47,123 nucleotides of DNA from a bacterium (GTDB taxonomy: Bacteria > RBG-13-66-14), in NCBI GenBank assembly GCA_035528375.1, contig DATKYS010000030.1, positions 1 to 47,123 of the forward strand, read 5' to 3'. Shown here one piece after another: positions 17,213-26,538 of this stretch. The first letter of the stretch is position 1, and each line of letters starts with the position of its first letter. A program made the translations under genes and the position numbers. The notes under the pieces are model-generated. The model ran no database searches. It saw only the letters and a list, made by a program, of their open reading frames with translations, and was not told the origin of the DNA.

Positions 17213-17373
17213 GGTTTGCGTTTAACCGTTGGTAGGCTTACAACAAACATTGACGTAACGATAGTGGTAACTGTAGTTGTAGCGTGGACACTTAATGTGC
17301 CGGTCACAGCCGGGCTTCCTGCTATCTGCTACAATGCCTCCTTCTTATTTGGTGGCAGGATACCATACTTCTA

Positions 17374-18207
17374 CTACAAACATGCCCACATTATAAGAAG
17401 TCCAACACCAACAATTATAAGAAGCCATGGCACACTTAATAGCTCTTCCCTTTCTTGTGCCTGCCTTGCAAGTCTTTCCCTCTCTTGTTGTGCAAGCCTT
17501 TCCTCTTCTAGTCGTACGTCTCGTACGTCTGAACTACTTGTTGGGCAGTTAATTGTAAATGTTTTTCCAACATCAACATCGGCGTATTTGACATCAATCG
17601 TCTTCTGGTATCCATAAGTCCCTGAATATACAAATTTTATCTTGTGTGAACCTGTTGTAACGTCGTATTCAACAGGGCATACGCCTATGTATTGTCCATT
17701 AACATAAGCTTCAACACCGTCATCATTTGCCCTAATTCGTAAATGAATAACACTTGCTTTACTTGCCATTTCCTTTGCTAAATCATTACATATGCTGGGT
17801 ATTTGGTCCTCTCCTTCTGCCGTAAACGTGTCGGCTAATGTAATCTCTGCTGTCTCCACTTTAACAAAGCGGGTGGATACCGTATATGTGTTGCCAAATT
17901 TAGTAATACTGCCAACACCAACATAATCAGCCCCAAGTATTTGTCCTATCTGTACCGCTGTTGACGGGTCAACAAGCCCTGAAGTCTGAAATGCTTGTTC
18001 TTCTAAAACGCGGATTATCTGACCGCGCTCAATCAACCTAAAAGCGCCGGTATCGGACAGTCTTGAAGACAGAATCTCTGTTACCCCTCGTGCATAATCC
18101 TGGGAGCAGTTAATTCCCTCAAAGTCAACGACGGCCACGGTTGGGGTCGTCGCAAGAACGGCATTAACGGCGAAGAGGTAAGCGAGGAAACCAGCGATCT
18201 TCCGCAT
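17374..18207 (-). CDS. Low-GC (about 43%) exported protein: signal peptide, CsgG/LpoB-like N-domain, PEGA domain, coiled coil, C-terminal TM anchor
   Basis: MRKIAGFLAYLFAVNAVLA signal. VAVVDFEGIN..GAFRLIERGQIIRVLEEQAFQTSGLVD is the CsgG/LPP20-like pattern. VNGQYIGVCPVEYDVTTGSHKIKFVYSGTYGYQKTI is a PEGA-like motif. RLEEERLAQQERERLARQAQEREE is coiled coil. VPWLLIIVGVGLLIMWACL is a TM helix. The track's TTG start at 18243 is possible, but the ATG at 18207 fits the signal peptide. Confidence 0.65.
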   Translation of the reverse strand: MRKIAGFLAYLFAVNAVLATTPTVAVVDFEGINCSQDYARGVTEILSSRLSDTGAFRLIERGQIIRVLEEQAFQTSGLVDPSTAVQIGQILGADYVGVGSITKFGNTYTVSTRFVKVETAEITLADTFTAEGEDQIPSICNDLAKEMASKASVIHLRIRANDDGVEAYVNGQYIGVCPVEYDVTTGSHKIKFVYSGTYGYQKTIDVKYADVDVGKTFTINCPTSSSDVRDVRLEEERLAQQERERLARQAQEREELLSVPWLLIIVGVGLLIMWACL

Positions 18208-18295
18208 GACTACAACCTTTTGTTGAGTTCTACTCCTCCTCAATCCTTTTTAAGTCTAGTAAAAGTGTGGGGGGTGCTGTCAAGGTTTTTTTCAG

Positions 18296-18358
18296 CGGGG
18301 ACTAAAGTCCCCGCCCTACATTTCGACGGATTGAGGATAGAATCCCCGCCCTACATTA
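18296..18358. repeat. Two gtagggcgggg hairpin elements in reverse orientation (ggcggggactaaagtccccgccctaca; a second degenerate copy ending ccccgccctacat)
   Basis: Palindrome gcgggga ctaaag tccccgc preceded by a T7 run. Shares the ATGTAGGGCGG terminus with 17136. Confidence 0.6.
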
Positions 18359-18443
18359 CGTGAATCGAGGTCTGCTTCCCCCCTTGCGCGGGGGGATTTT
18401 TTTCGCTATTTTATGAACGAAGGGGTTTCGCGGGAGGGCGGAA

Positions 18444-18680
18444 ATGGAAGAATACTACCATGTTGACGTGCGGATGAAGGACGGGGAGGTGGTCCGGGCC
18501 ACGGCGCTCGGGCGCTTCGCCGCCTGGGTCTGCCCCTACTGCCGGCACCAGATGCTGGCGGAACTGGACTTCGACCCCGGCGCCCGGCCCACCCGGGCGA
18601 GCCACTGTTGCGAGAAGAGTTACCTCCTCCACGGCGATAGCGGCAGTCCCGAGAAAATCGGGTACATCGAGGAGCAGTAG
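18444..18680 (+). CDS. Small Cys-rich hypothetical protein (CPYC ... HCC), possibly metal-binding
   Basis: 78 aa with an SD-like ggaggg upstream. No family recognised. Sits between repeat clusters. Confidence 0.35.
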   Translation: MEEYYHVDVRMKDGEVVRATALGRFAAWVCPYCRHQMLAELDFDPGARPTRASHCCEKSYLLHGDSGSPEKIGYIEEQ

Positions 18681-18744
18681 GGGCGGGAATCTAAGCCCGC
18701 CCGACGTTTTCGCTCTTCCACCCCGACTCATGCCTGCGCCGATG

Positions 18745-18898
18745 TAGGGGCCGACCGACGGCGCGCCGTTTAGGTCGGCCCGCATCTTTTCTAAGGTAGC
18801 CCTCACCCCGGCCCTCTCCCTAGAAGGGAGAGGGTGCTGCTACACCCCCCTCCCTAGCCCGTAGGCGCGCCTCCCCCCAAAGGGGGGAGGGGATGTGT
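18745..18898. repeat. Composite repeat: gatgtaggggccgacc hairpin with a nested palindrome (acggcgcgccgt) in its loop, then two ctctccc units
   Basis: ggggccgacc-gacggcgcgccgt-ttaggtcggccc. Then ccctcaccccggccctctccctagaagggagaggg and ccctccctagcccgtaggcgcgcctccccccaaaggggggagggga. Confidence 0.65.
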
Positions 18899-19542
18899 TA
18901 TCCTCTTTTCGGACGATTAACCGAGGAGGCCGGTTGAAGCGGACCGTCGTTTTATTACTCCTCGCGGCGCTGGCCGCCGGGGCGCTCGAGGTGGGCGTGA
19001 CCCTCTCCGCCCGGGGCTTATTCGCCCTGGACTCGCCCTACTCCTTCGACGCCTTCTGGGACCAGGACATAGACGCGGGCGTACAGTACGGCTTCGGCTT
19101 CATGCTCAATCTTTTCCTGGGCGGCGGATTCGCCCTGGGACCCTGCGTCTCCGGCACCTTCTTCACCGATGAAATCGCCCTGGACGACCCCTACTCGGAC
19201 TACGACACAGCCTACACCTACGACTGGACCGAGCTTTTCTTCGGGCTGGGGGCGCGCTACGACTTCGTCACCCGCGGCAGCTACCGCCCCTGGGTCCGCA
19301 TCGCCGGCGGCTACCTCTCCACCGACCTCACCGTCACCGAGAAGGGCGTGGGGACGACGGACTCCTCCGGGGGGAACTGGGGGGCGGAGGCCGGGCTGGG
19401 ACTCGACCTCTACATGGCCGACTACTTCAGCGTGGGCGTTTCCTGCGAGTACCGCCTGACGGGCGTTGGGATGGATTCCGAGGTTTTAGCCGACACCGCG
19501 TCGGCGCTCGGCGCCGGGGTGAACCTGGGCTTCGTTTTCTAA
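18895..19542 (+). CDS. Outer-membrane beta-barrel protein (OmpW/opacity-like porin family)
   Basis: Signal LKRTVVLLLLAALAAGA, alternating aromatic/Gly beta-strands, C-terminal NLGFVF with terminal Phe. An alternative TTG start at 18934 has GGAGG 4 nt upstream. Confidence 0.7.
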   Translation: MLSSFRTINRGGRLKRTVVLLLLAALAAGALEVGVTLSARGLFALDSPYSFDAFWDQDIDAGVQYGFGFMLNLFLGGGFALGPCVSGTFFTDEIALDDPYSDYDTAYTYDWTELFFGLGARYDFVTRGSYRPWVRIAGGYLSTDLTVTEKGVGTTDSSGGNWGAEAGLGLDLYMADYFSVGVSCEYRLTGVGMDSEVLADTASALGAGVNLGFVF

Positions 19543-19750
19543 GAGATGGAGCATGAGACGCTGGATTTGGTTTATCCTAGTATTCTTATACGCGACCGCC
19601 GCGCAGGGGCTCGGTTTCGGCTTCAACGCCGGGATCAACCTGTAATTTACCATTGTATGAGTGACCGGCCGACGCGCCCTTGAACCGGCGCGCCACTCTA
19701 TGTTAATCTGGCCGCGGGACCGGCTAACGCGTTGAAACGGAAAAGGCAGA

Positions 19751-19984
19751 ATGCCCTCCTTCGATGACGTCCCCATCAAAAAGGGTGGCGAGGTGGTGGC
19801 CCAGGCCATGGGAATGGGCCCGCGGGTCGTCTTCCGCTGCGTCAACAGCAACTGTTACGCCCAGCTCCTGTTCAACGCCGCCGAGGAGGAGGCCGGGGTC
19901 GGGATATGCCAGGGCTGCGGGGCGCAGTACCGGCTGACCCTGTCCCCCGACGACGGACGGATCGTCGGTCTGGAGATGCTCTGA
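19751..19984 (+). CDS. Small zinc-ribbon-like hypothetical protein (CxxxxC ... CxxC)
   Basis: FRCVNSNCYAQL..GICQGCGAQYRL gives two Cys pairs 28 aa apart. Confidence 0.4.
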   Translation: MPSFDDVPIKKGGEVVAQAMGMGPRVVFRCVNSNCYAQLLFNAAEEEAGVGICQGCGAQYRLTLSPDDGRIVGLEML

Positions 19985-20126
19985 TCCCGCTCGAATCGAA
20001 ACGTACACTGGTCGGCGATGGCCGGCCCTTTTTTATGTAATCTCGACTTCCCGGATTGAATAATGTCCGGGCCCCGGCGCATAATCCGATGCGGTTCCCC
20101 ATGGATGGGAGAATTTTGGGCTGATG

Positions 20127-20335
20127 GAGGAAGAATGAACGCGAAGGCCGAGTTCCCGGCGATCGGCAAGATGTCGGAAAAATTCTTCGACGCGGTGATT
20201 TACACCTTTCTGGGTGCGGTCCGTCCCGAGGTGCTCGTCGGCCCGCGGCACGGGGTGGACACCGCCGTCGTCCGCACCGGTCACGTTCGGGTCCGCGACC
20301 CTCGTCCCTTTTATTTTACCCGGTCCTTGTCCTAA
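20127..20335 (+). pseudogene. Possible N-terminal fragment of a PurM/AIR-synthase-superfamily protein (ThiL/HypE-like) truncated after about 70 aa
   Basis: MNAKAEFPAIGKMSEKFFDAVI..VLVGPRHGVDTAVV resembles the N-terminal EFxLI...GxDDxAV block of ThiL/HypE/SelD. The ORF stops well short of a full PurM-like domain, just before the nitroreductase gene. Confidence 0.25.
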
Positions 20336-20366
20336 ACTTGGGTGTACCGTCGTCCCGAGGTGAGGC

Positions 20367-20978
20367 ATGCCCGCCGAAGACTTGAGCCCGATCGAGCGCC
20401 CGGCGTCCACGGACCACCCGGTCCACGGGCTCATAGCCGCCCGCTGGAGCCCCCGGGCCCTGGACCCCGACCGCCCCGTGGAACGGGAGAAGCTCGAGAG
20501 CATTTTTGAAGCCGCCCGCTGGGCGCCCTCCTGCTTCAACGACCAGCCCTGGAATTTTTTAGTATTCACCACCGAGAACCCCGAGACTCTCGAAAAGGCG
20601 CGTGAGAGCCTCTCCGAGGGCAACGACTGGGCGCGGAAGGCTCCGGTGCTCATCTTCTCCGTCGCCCGTAAAAATTTCACCCACAACGGCAAGCCCAACC
20701 GTTTCGCGGAGCACGACCAGGGCATGGCCTCGGTCCTGGCCGCGCTGGAGGCGGTGAACCGGGGGCTCTGCTTCCACCAGATGGCCGGCTTCTCGCGAGC
20801 CAAGCTCGCCGAGAGCTTCGGTGTCCCCGAGGACCACGAGGTAATGGCGGCCATCGCGGTGGGTTATCCGGGAAAAATCGCCGACCTGCCCCCCGAGAAA
20901 CGTGAGGCCGAGACCGCTCCGCGGGAGCGTAGACCCCAGACCGCCTTCGTCCACTACAACGGCTGGCAGCCCCGATAA
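20367..20978 (+). CDS. Nitroreductase family protein
   Basis: RWAPSCFNDQPWNFLVF, APVLIFSVARKNF and HDQGMASVLAALEAVNRGLCFHQMAGFS. SD gaggtgagg upstream. Confidence 0.85.
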   Translation: MPAEDLSPIERPASTDHPVHGLIAARWSPRALDPDRPVEREKLESIFEAARWAPSCFNDQPWNFLVFTTENPETLEKARESLSEGNDWARKAPVLIFSVARKNFTHNGKPNRFAEHDQGMASVLAALEAVNRGLCFHQMAGFSRAKLAESFGVPEDHEVMAAIAVGYPGKIADLPPEKREAETAPRERRPQTAFVHYNGWQPR

Positions 20979-21035
20979 AAAGATGACAGCCCCGGGTTGC
21001 GTGTGCTAACTTTACGGGCGCCGCAGAGGAGTACC

Positions 21036-21494
21036 ATGGCCGACATCCAACTCCAGGTGCAGCTTTCGCGACCCCCGACCGACGTCTGGAAAGCCCTTTT
21101 CAACCCGGCCGCCCGGCGCATCTGGTGGGCGTACGGCATCCAGCTCCAGCCGGAGTCCGGCTCCCCCTTCTTCGAATACTGGCGCGACGGTGACGGACAC
21201 GAGCGCGTCAGCCGGGGCAAGGTCCTCTCCGCCAAGAAGAACCGGCTCCTGCGCCTGAGCTGGCAGGACGACGACTGGCCCGCCGCCACGCAGGTGGAGT
21301 TCAGGCTGGCCTCCAAGCGGGGCGCGACGAACCTGACCCTGGTCCACTCCGGCTTCGAGGCCCTGGGGCCCAAGCTCCAGTACAACGTCGAGGAGTACAC
21401 CGGCGGCTGGGAGGCGCTCCTCGAGGACCTGCGGGTCTACCTCGAGGGGCCGGCCGAGGAGCTCGCCGAAACGCCGGAAGACGACGAAACGTAA
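21036..21494 (+). CDS. SRPBCC-superfamily (Aha1/activator-of-Hsp90-ATPase-like) protein
   Basis: PPTDVWKALFNPAARRIWW..LRLSWQDDDW..TQVEFRL..GGTNLTLVHSGF is the AHSA1-domain pattern. SD agaggag before ATG 21036. Upstream part of track ORF 20997 is rejected. Confidence 0.7.
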   Translation: MADIQLQVQLSRPPTDVWKALFNPAARRIWWAYGIQLQPESGSPFFEYWRDGDGHERVSRGKVLSAKKNRLLRLSWQDDDWPAATQVEFRLASKRGATNLTLVHSGFEALGPKLQYNVEEYTGGWEALLEDLRVYLEGPAEELAETPEDDET

Positions 21495-21510
21495 CCCCGG
21501 GGGACGTGAC

Positions 21511-21753
21511 ATGGACGAGAAAAAGTTCCGAGCCGTGCTGGAGGAGATAGCCGCCGAGATGGGCCGGGGCTCCCGCGTGGCCAAGGACAAGCTGGACGAG
21601 TGGACGCTCAAGGTGAAGGACGCCTGGCCCGAGGTGGAGGGTAGCTTCGAGCGATTCGGCCGGGCCTTCGCCGCCAGCATCGGCGCCTTCGCCAAGGCCT
21701 TCCGCGACTCCTACCACGGGGAGGACGAGGATGGAGAGGATGAAAAGGAATAA
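21511..21753 (+). CDS. Small acidic hypothetical protein
   Basis: 80 aa, helical with Glu/Asp-rich C-terminus. Overlaps the start of the next gene. Confidence 0.4.
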   Translation: MDEKKFRAVLEEIAAEMGRGSRVAKDKLDEWTLKVKDAWPEVEGSFERFGRAFAASIGAFAKAFRDSYHGEDEDGEDEKE

Positions 21754-22444
21754 TAACAACCGCCCGGCACGAAGGGGCGTGATTGCAGCCGCTTTCACCC
21801 TGGCGTCCCTTTTACTTCTTGTCGGCTGCGCCTCTCCGACCGGCGTGGAGGGCAGCGACATGTGGTGGCCCCAGGCCGTCGGCTGGAGCTGGCTCTACGT
21901 CGCGACCGACCAGGATGACCTCGAGATAAATGTGAATATCGAGGACACCGCCGAGTACGGGGACCACGAGTGTTTCATCAACGAGTTCGGAGACTACGAT
22001 TCCCACGAGGGGATGCTCGTCGCGGTCCGCCCCACCTCGGACGAGGCCTTCGAGATTTGGGACCAGCGATTCTGGGTGGACCTGGGCGACGGCTGGTGGG
22101 TCGAGACGGAGCTGCGCTACACCGACCCGATCACCGTTTACATCTCGGGCACGCTCGACGACCCCGTCTCGGACTCGGGCGAGGGTGTCGTTTACGTGAG
22201 CGGAATCCCCGTCGGCGACGGGTTCACGGCCACACTGACCTCGGAGACCCTGGAGACCGGCGTCGAGCTCGAGGTCCAGGACACGACATACACCGACATG
22301 CGCCGGTTGGAATTCACCCTCGAGAGCGACGTGCAGGACCCGGTGGTCTCCCACGGCTACTTCAAGCGTGGCGTGGGGCTGGTCCGCAGTGAGGGCCTCT
22401 GGGGCTACGGCGTGCTGGAACTCGTGAGCTACGAGACGCCGTAG
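21731..22444 (+). CDS. Hypothetical lipoprotein
   Basis: Lipobox LLLVGCASP after a basic N-terminus. Acidic mature domain. Confidence 0.55.
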   Translation: MERMKRNNNNRPARRGVIAAAFTLASLLLLVGCASPTGVEGSDMWWPQAVGWSWLYVATDQDDLEINVNIEDTAEYGDHECFINEFGDYDSHEGMLVAVRPTSDEAFEIWDQRFWVDLGDGWWVETELRYTDPITVYISGTLDDPVSDSGEGVVYVSGIPVGDGFTATLTSETLETGVELEVQDTTYTDMRRLEFTLESDVQDPVVSHGYFKRGVGLVRSEGLWGYGVLELVSYETP

Positions 22445-22502
22445 GATTCGATGGGGCGCGAGGTGTGTTTTTCCCCGTGTCCGTTCCTCACCGTTCAACC
22501 AC

Positions 22503-22533
22503 AGGGCGGGGGCTTGAGTGCCCCGCCCGTTTT
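22503..22533 (+). terminator. Terminator formed by a gggcgggg...ccccgccc hairpin plus gtttt
   Basis: gggcggggg-cttgagtg-ccccgccc-gtttt. Followed by a second hairpin element at 22551-22586 and a ctctccc unit at 22600-22656. Confidence 0.6.
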
Positions 22534-22743
22534 CACCCCTCACCCCAAGCCACGATGCCGTAGGGCGGGGAATCATTTCCCCGCCGCTTCAACGCATATA
22601 CCCCGACCCTCGCCCTAGCCCGTCGGCGTGCCGCTCCCTAAAAGGGAAAGGGGATGGAAGGCAGGTTTCCCACGGGGACGGGGATATCTCGGCGCCCCCC
22701 TGTGCTATAATCGCCTTCGACTGAAACGACCCAAGGAGAGCGG

Positions 22744-23295
22744 ATGGACCTGTTGAGACTCTTCGCCGCACTGGGCTACGTGGCCCTGGTCGTCCTGTTG
22801 GGGTGCGCCGGTGGGGAGGGTGAATCCGCCGACAACGCCGCGCAGAACGCCGTGGTCGCCCTGCCGGACGTCTCGCCCGGCGAGGTGTACATGGCCTACG
22901 TGCGCTCGGTCCGCCGCGGGGAGTTCGACCGCCTCACCTCCTACTACTCGAAGGAAGCCCTGGCGGAGCTGGACCAGCTCGCCGGTGAGATGAACCGGGA
23001 GGCTCCGGAGCTGAAGCTGTCCGCGGAGAAGATGATCGTGGACGCCGCCCGCCAGGCGGAGCCCGGTTTCGCCGACGAGGTGGATATCCTGAGCGAGGTC
23101 GTGGACGCCGAGCGCGGCACGGCCGAGGTCTCCTGGCGCACCGCCGACACGCCCGCCGGCGGGGAGGGGTTCGTCTTCTTCGTCCTCGAGGACGGGGCGT
23201 GGAAAATCGGGCTGGAGAGCCCCGCGCCCCCCGAGGATGAAAGAACGGCTCCGGTGCTGCCCTCGGGTTCCGGCGCGACCGGGACGGTGCAGTGA
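22744..23295 (+). CDS. Hypothetical lipoprotein
   Basis: SD AGGAG at 22733-22738. Lipobox VVLLGCAGG. Confidence 0.6.
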   Translation: MDLLRLFAALGYVALVVLLGCAGGEGESADNAAQNAVVALPDVSPGEVYMAYVRSVRRGEFDRLTSYYSKEALAELDQLAGEMNREAPELKLSAEKMIVDAARQAEPGFADEVDILSEVVDAERGTAEVSWRTADTPAGGEGFVFFVLEDGAWKIGLESPAPPEDERTAPVLPSGSGATGTVQ

Positions 23296-23296
23296 C

Positions 23297-23842
23297 ATGG
23301 CGACCGGCGAGATACGCTTCGCCTGGATGGTGGCCCCGTGGAGCGCCTACGGCTGGGGGAACATCGCCGTGGAGGTCGCGGGCGACGCCCTGACGCGGAT
23401 CGGGCTCCTGAACGGCTGGTACAATCCCCCGCCCGGGGTGAAACCGCGCCCCGACGACCCGCTCCTGAGCGCGGCCATCGAGCAGATCTACGCCTACCTG
23501 AACGGGACCCGGCGGAGCTTCGATCTACCGTTGAATCCCGGCGGGACCGCGTTCGAGAACAAGGTTTGGCGGGAGCTTTCCGCGATTCCCTACGGCGGGA
23601 CGCGGACCTACGGCGAGATTGCGGTCGCTGTGGGGAGCCCCCGAGGGGCGCGCGCCGTGGGCGGGGCGGTGGGAGCCAACCCGCTCCCCATAATCATCCC
23701 CTGCCACCGGGTGCTGCGCGCCGGGGGGAAGCTCGGTGGATACGGCGGCCACACCGAGCGGGATTTCAAGCTGAAGTGCTTCTTCCTGGCGCTCGAAGGG
23801 GCCGAGCGGCCGCCCGACTGCGACCGGTACTCCATCCGCTGA
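23297..23842 (+). CDS. ogt: Methylated-DNA-[protein]-cysteine S-methyltransferase (O6-alkylguanine-DNA alkyltransferase)
   Basis: Active-site motif IPCHRV and the helix-turn-helix YGEIAVAVG. ATG sits 1 nt after the upstream stop. Confidence 0.8.
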   Translation: MATGEIRFAWMVAPWSAYGWGNIAVEVAGDALTRIGLLNGWYNPPPGVKPRPDDPLLSAAIEQIYAYLNGTRRSFDLPLNPGGTAFENKVWRELSAIPYGGTRTYGEIAVAVGSPRGARAVGGAVGANPLPIIIPCHRVLRAGGKLGGYGGHTERDFKLKCFFLALEGAERPPDCDRYSIR

Positions 23843-23906
23843 ATTGCCTCTTTTTCGGGCGGGTCGGCTCCGGCGGTGACGCGGTTCCGGAGCCCCCGCC
23901 TTTTCT

Positions 23907-25268
23907 ATGGGACCGATGATGGGCAACTTGTCGCCAGCTCTGAGTGAGGTCGTGGCGCGAATCCGCGGGGCCGGCGGTCGCGTCTGGCTCGTGGGCGGGG
24001 CACTGCGCGACGAGCTCCTCGGGCGTCCGACCGGTGAGCTAGACCTGGCCACCGACCTCCTCCCGGATCGCGTGCTGGCGCTCTTCCCCGGCAGTCTTGA
24101 CGTGGGGGCCCGCTTCGGCACGGTGATGGTGCGGCTCGGCGGCGAGACCTTCGAGGTGACGACGCTGCGCGGCGAGGGGACGTATTCCGACGGCCGCCGC
24201 CCGGACGAGGTGCGCTTCGGGCTGGATATAAAAGAAGACCTGGCCCGCCGGGACTTCACCGTGAACGCCCTGGCTCGCGAGCTGCCCGACGGCGACCTCG
24301 TGGACCCCTTCGGCGGACGTGCCGATTTGAAAAGGGGGCTTCTGCGGACGGTGGGCAATCCTGACGAGCGGCTGGCCGAGGACGGCCTGCGGGCCTATCG
24401 CGCCTGCCGCTTCGCCGCGACGTTGGAGTTCGAGGTCGAGCCGAGGCTCCTGCGGGCCGTCCGGCGCAACGCCGCCGTCGCCCGGGGGGTGGCCTGGGAG
24501 CGTATCGGCGGCGAGCTCGCCAAGACGATGACGGCCCCGAGGCCCGGCGTCACCTTCGAGCTCCTGCGCGGGACCGGCCTCCTGGACCACTGCCTGCCCG
24601 AACTGGCCGCCTGTTACGGCGTGACCCAGAACCGCTACCACGACTTCGATGTCTTCGATCACAGCCTGCGCTCCTGCGACCTGGCGCCGTCGGAGAAGCC
24701 GGTGGTGCGGTGGGCGGCGCTCCTGCACGACGTCGCCAAGCCGCCGACCAAGCAGCCCAAGGACCGCGACTTCGTCTTCTACGGCCACGACGAGCGGTCG
24801 GCGGAGATGGCCGACCGGGCCATGCGGCGGCTGACCCTGTCCCGGGAGCTGCGCGAGCGGGTGTGCCTCTTGATAAAAAACCACATGCTCCTCTACTCGC
24901 CGGAGTGGACCGACGCGGCGGTGCGGCGCTTCGTGCGGCGGGTGGGGCCGGAGAACGTCGCCGACCTCTTCGACCTGGTCATCGCCGACCGCCAGGCCCA
25001 CCGGCGGACCGAGGTGTTCCAGCTTCCCGCGGACATCTCCGAGCTGATGGGACGAATCGAGTCCCTGGGCGCGGCGGGGGCGCCGCTGACCGTGGCCGAC
25101 CTGGCCGTGTCGGGCGATGACCTCCTCGAAATGTCGGGTCGTGGGCCGGGCCGATGGGTGGGCGAAATTTTGGACCGCCTGGTGGATGAGGTGCTGGAGC
25201 GCCCGGACCTGAACGAGCGGGAGGCGCTCTTGGAGCGGGCGCGGGAGATGCTGGCCGATGAGCGGTGA
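23907..25268 (+). CDS. cca: CCA tRNA nucleotidyltransferase with HD domain
   Basis: Pol-beta head VWLVGGALRD..DLAT..RDFTVNALA. HD motif YHDFDVFDHSL..LLHDVAKP. Confidence 0.75.
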   Translation: MGPMMGNLSPALSEVVARIRGAGGRVWLVGGALRDELLGRPTGELDLATDLLPDRVLALFPGSLDVGARFGTVMVRLGGETFEVTTLRGEGTYSDGRRPDEVRFGLDIKEDLARRDFTVNALARELPDGDLVDPFGGRADLKRGLLRTVGNPDERLAEDGLRAYRACRFAATLEFEVEPRLLRAVRRNAAVARGVAWERIGGELAKTMTAPRPGVTFELLRGTGLLDHCLPELAACYGVTQNRYHDFDVFDHSLRSCDLAPSEKPVVRWAALLHDVAKPPTKQPKDRDFVFYGHDERSAEMADRAMRRLTLSRELRERVCLLIKNHMLLYSPEWTDAAVRRFVRRVGPENVADLFDLVIADRQAHRRTEVFQLPADISELMGRIESLGAAGAPLTVADLAVSGDDLLEMSGRGPGRWVGEILDRLVDEVLERPDLNEREALLERAREMLADER

Positions 25269-26538
25269 CCGCCTCCACCGCCTGCGGGTCGTGGACGTCG
25301 CCGGCCGCGACGGCGTGGCCCGGCTCGAAGGTCGGGTCGTTTTCGTTCCCGGCACCGTCCCCGGCGACACGGCCCTCGTGGAAATAACACGCCAGACGCG
25401 GGACTACTCCCACGGCCGGGTCGTGGAGCTACTGGAGGGCGGCGAGGGACGCGTCGAGCCTGCTTGTGAAATTTTCGGCCGCTGCGGCGGCTGCGACTGG
25501 CTGCACATCGCCCATCCCGTCCAGCTCCGGCTCAAGGGGAAACTGACGGCCGACCTGGCGCGTAAGAACGCCCGGCTGGACATCGAGCCCCCGCCCGTGG
25601 AGCCCTCGGAGCCCTTCTGTCACCGCGCCGTCGCCCGACTCCAGGTCGCCCGTCATTCCGGGGAGCCGGAGCTCGGGTACTACGTCCGGGGCAGCCACGA
25701 GCTGGTCGCCTGGGACGCCTGCCCCCTGTTGATGGAGCCGCTCAACACCGCGGTGGGGGCGGTCCGCAAGGTTTTACGAACCGGAATCGGTGGGGATTGG
25801 TCGGGTCTTTTCGAGGTGACCGTCGAGAGGGCCGCCGGAGGTTGGGCGCTCACCCTGGGATTCGACCGGAGCGCGCCGCCCGGTACCGATTGGTCGGCCC
25901 CGGCCGGGGAGCTTCCCGGCCTCGTCGCCCTCCGGGTGAAGGGGAAAAACTTCTCGACGGCGGCGTGGGGCGGGGAGCGATTCGAGACCGGCTCCCTCGC
26001 TTCGCCGCTTGTAAAAACGCCGGGTGTCTTCCGCCAGCCCAACGACGCGGGTGCGCGGTGGTTGCACGCGCGGATGACCATGCTCTGCGGGGAGTTGAAA
26101 CCCGAGGTTGTGTGGGACCTCTACGGCGGGGGAGGCCCGCTGGGCTCGACGGCCCTCGCGGGCGGGGCGCGGCTCTGGCTCGTCGAGGCGGATCCCCTCG
26201 GCGCGGCCGACGCGGAGGAGAACCTGTCCCGGTCGGGGTGGGATTTTCGGGTCGCGGCGGGAACGGTGGAGCGGGCCCTGGTCGAGGGACCGGACGCTCC
26301 GTTCGAGAGGCCCGACCTGGTCATCCTGGACCCGCCCCGGACGGGGCTTTCCCGGGAAGTCACCGATGCGCTGAACACGCTTAAGCCGCCGCTCATCGCC
26401 TACGTGTCCTGCAACCCGGCGCGTTTCTGGCGCGACGCCGCGCTTTTCATCCGGGGGGGATACGAGCTGGAAGGATTAGCGGCGTTCGACATGCTCCCCC
26501 AGACGCCGGGCCTGGAGCTCGTCGGCATTTTCCGATAA
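25258..26538 (+). CDS. 23S rRNA (uracil-5-)-methyltransferase RlmD/RumA family (TRAM, Fe-S, SAM MTase)
   Basis: Cys cluster CEIFGRCGGC. DLYGGGGPLG motif I. ILDPPRTGL motif IV. 11-nt overlap with cca. Confidence 0.8.
   Translation: MSGDRLHRLRVVDVAGRDGVARLEGRVVFVPGTVPGDTALVEITRQTRDYSHGRVVELLEGGEGRVEPACEIFGRCGGCDWLHIAHPVQLRLKGKLTADLARKNARLDIEPPPVEPSEPFCHRAVARLQVARHSGEPELGYYVRGSHELVAWDACPLLMEPLNTAVGAVRKVLRTGIGGDWSGLFEVTVERAAGGWALTLGFDRSAPPGTDWSAPAGELPGLVALRVKGKNFSTAAWGGERFETGSLASPLVKTPGVFRQPNDAGARWLHARMTMLCGELKPEVVWDLYGGGGPLGSTALAGGARLWLVEADPLGAADAEENLSRSGWDFRVAAGTVERALVEGPDAPFERPDLVILDPPRTGLSREVTDALNTLKPPLIAYVSCNPARFWRDAALFIRGGYELEGLAAFDMLPQTPGLELVGIFR

Noticed and set aside
20063-20126. Upstream extension of ORF 20063..20335 (MSGPRRIIRCGSPWMGEFWADGGR)
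   Set aside because: The extension has no RBS and atypical composition. The internal Met at 20127 gives the segment with PurM-like similarity, and even that is only a low-confidence fragment.
24039-25370. 443-aa minus-strand ORF antisense to cca
   Set aside because: cca on the plus strand has pol-beta and HD motifs. The antisense ORF is compositionally aberrant.
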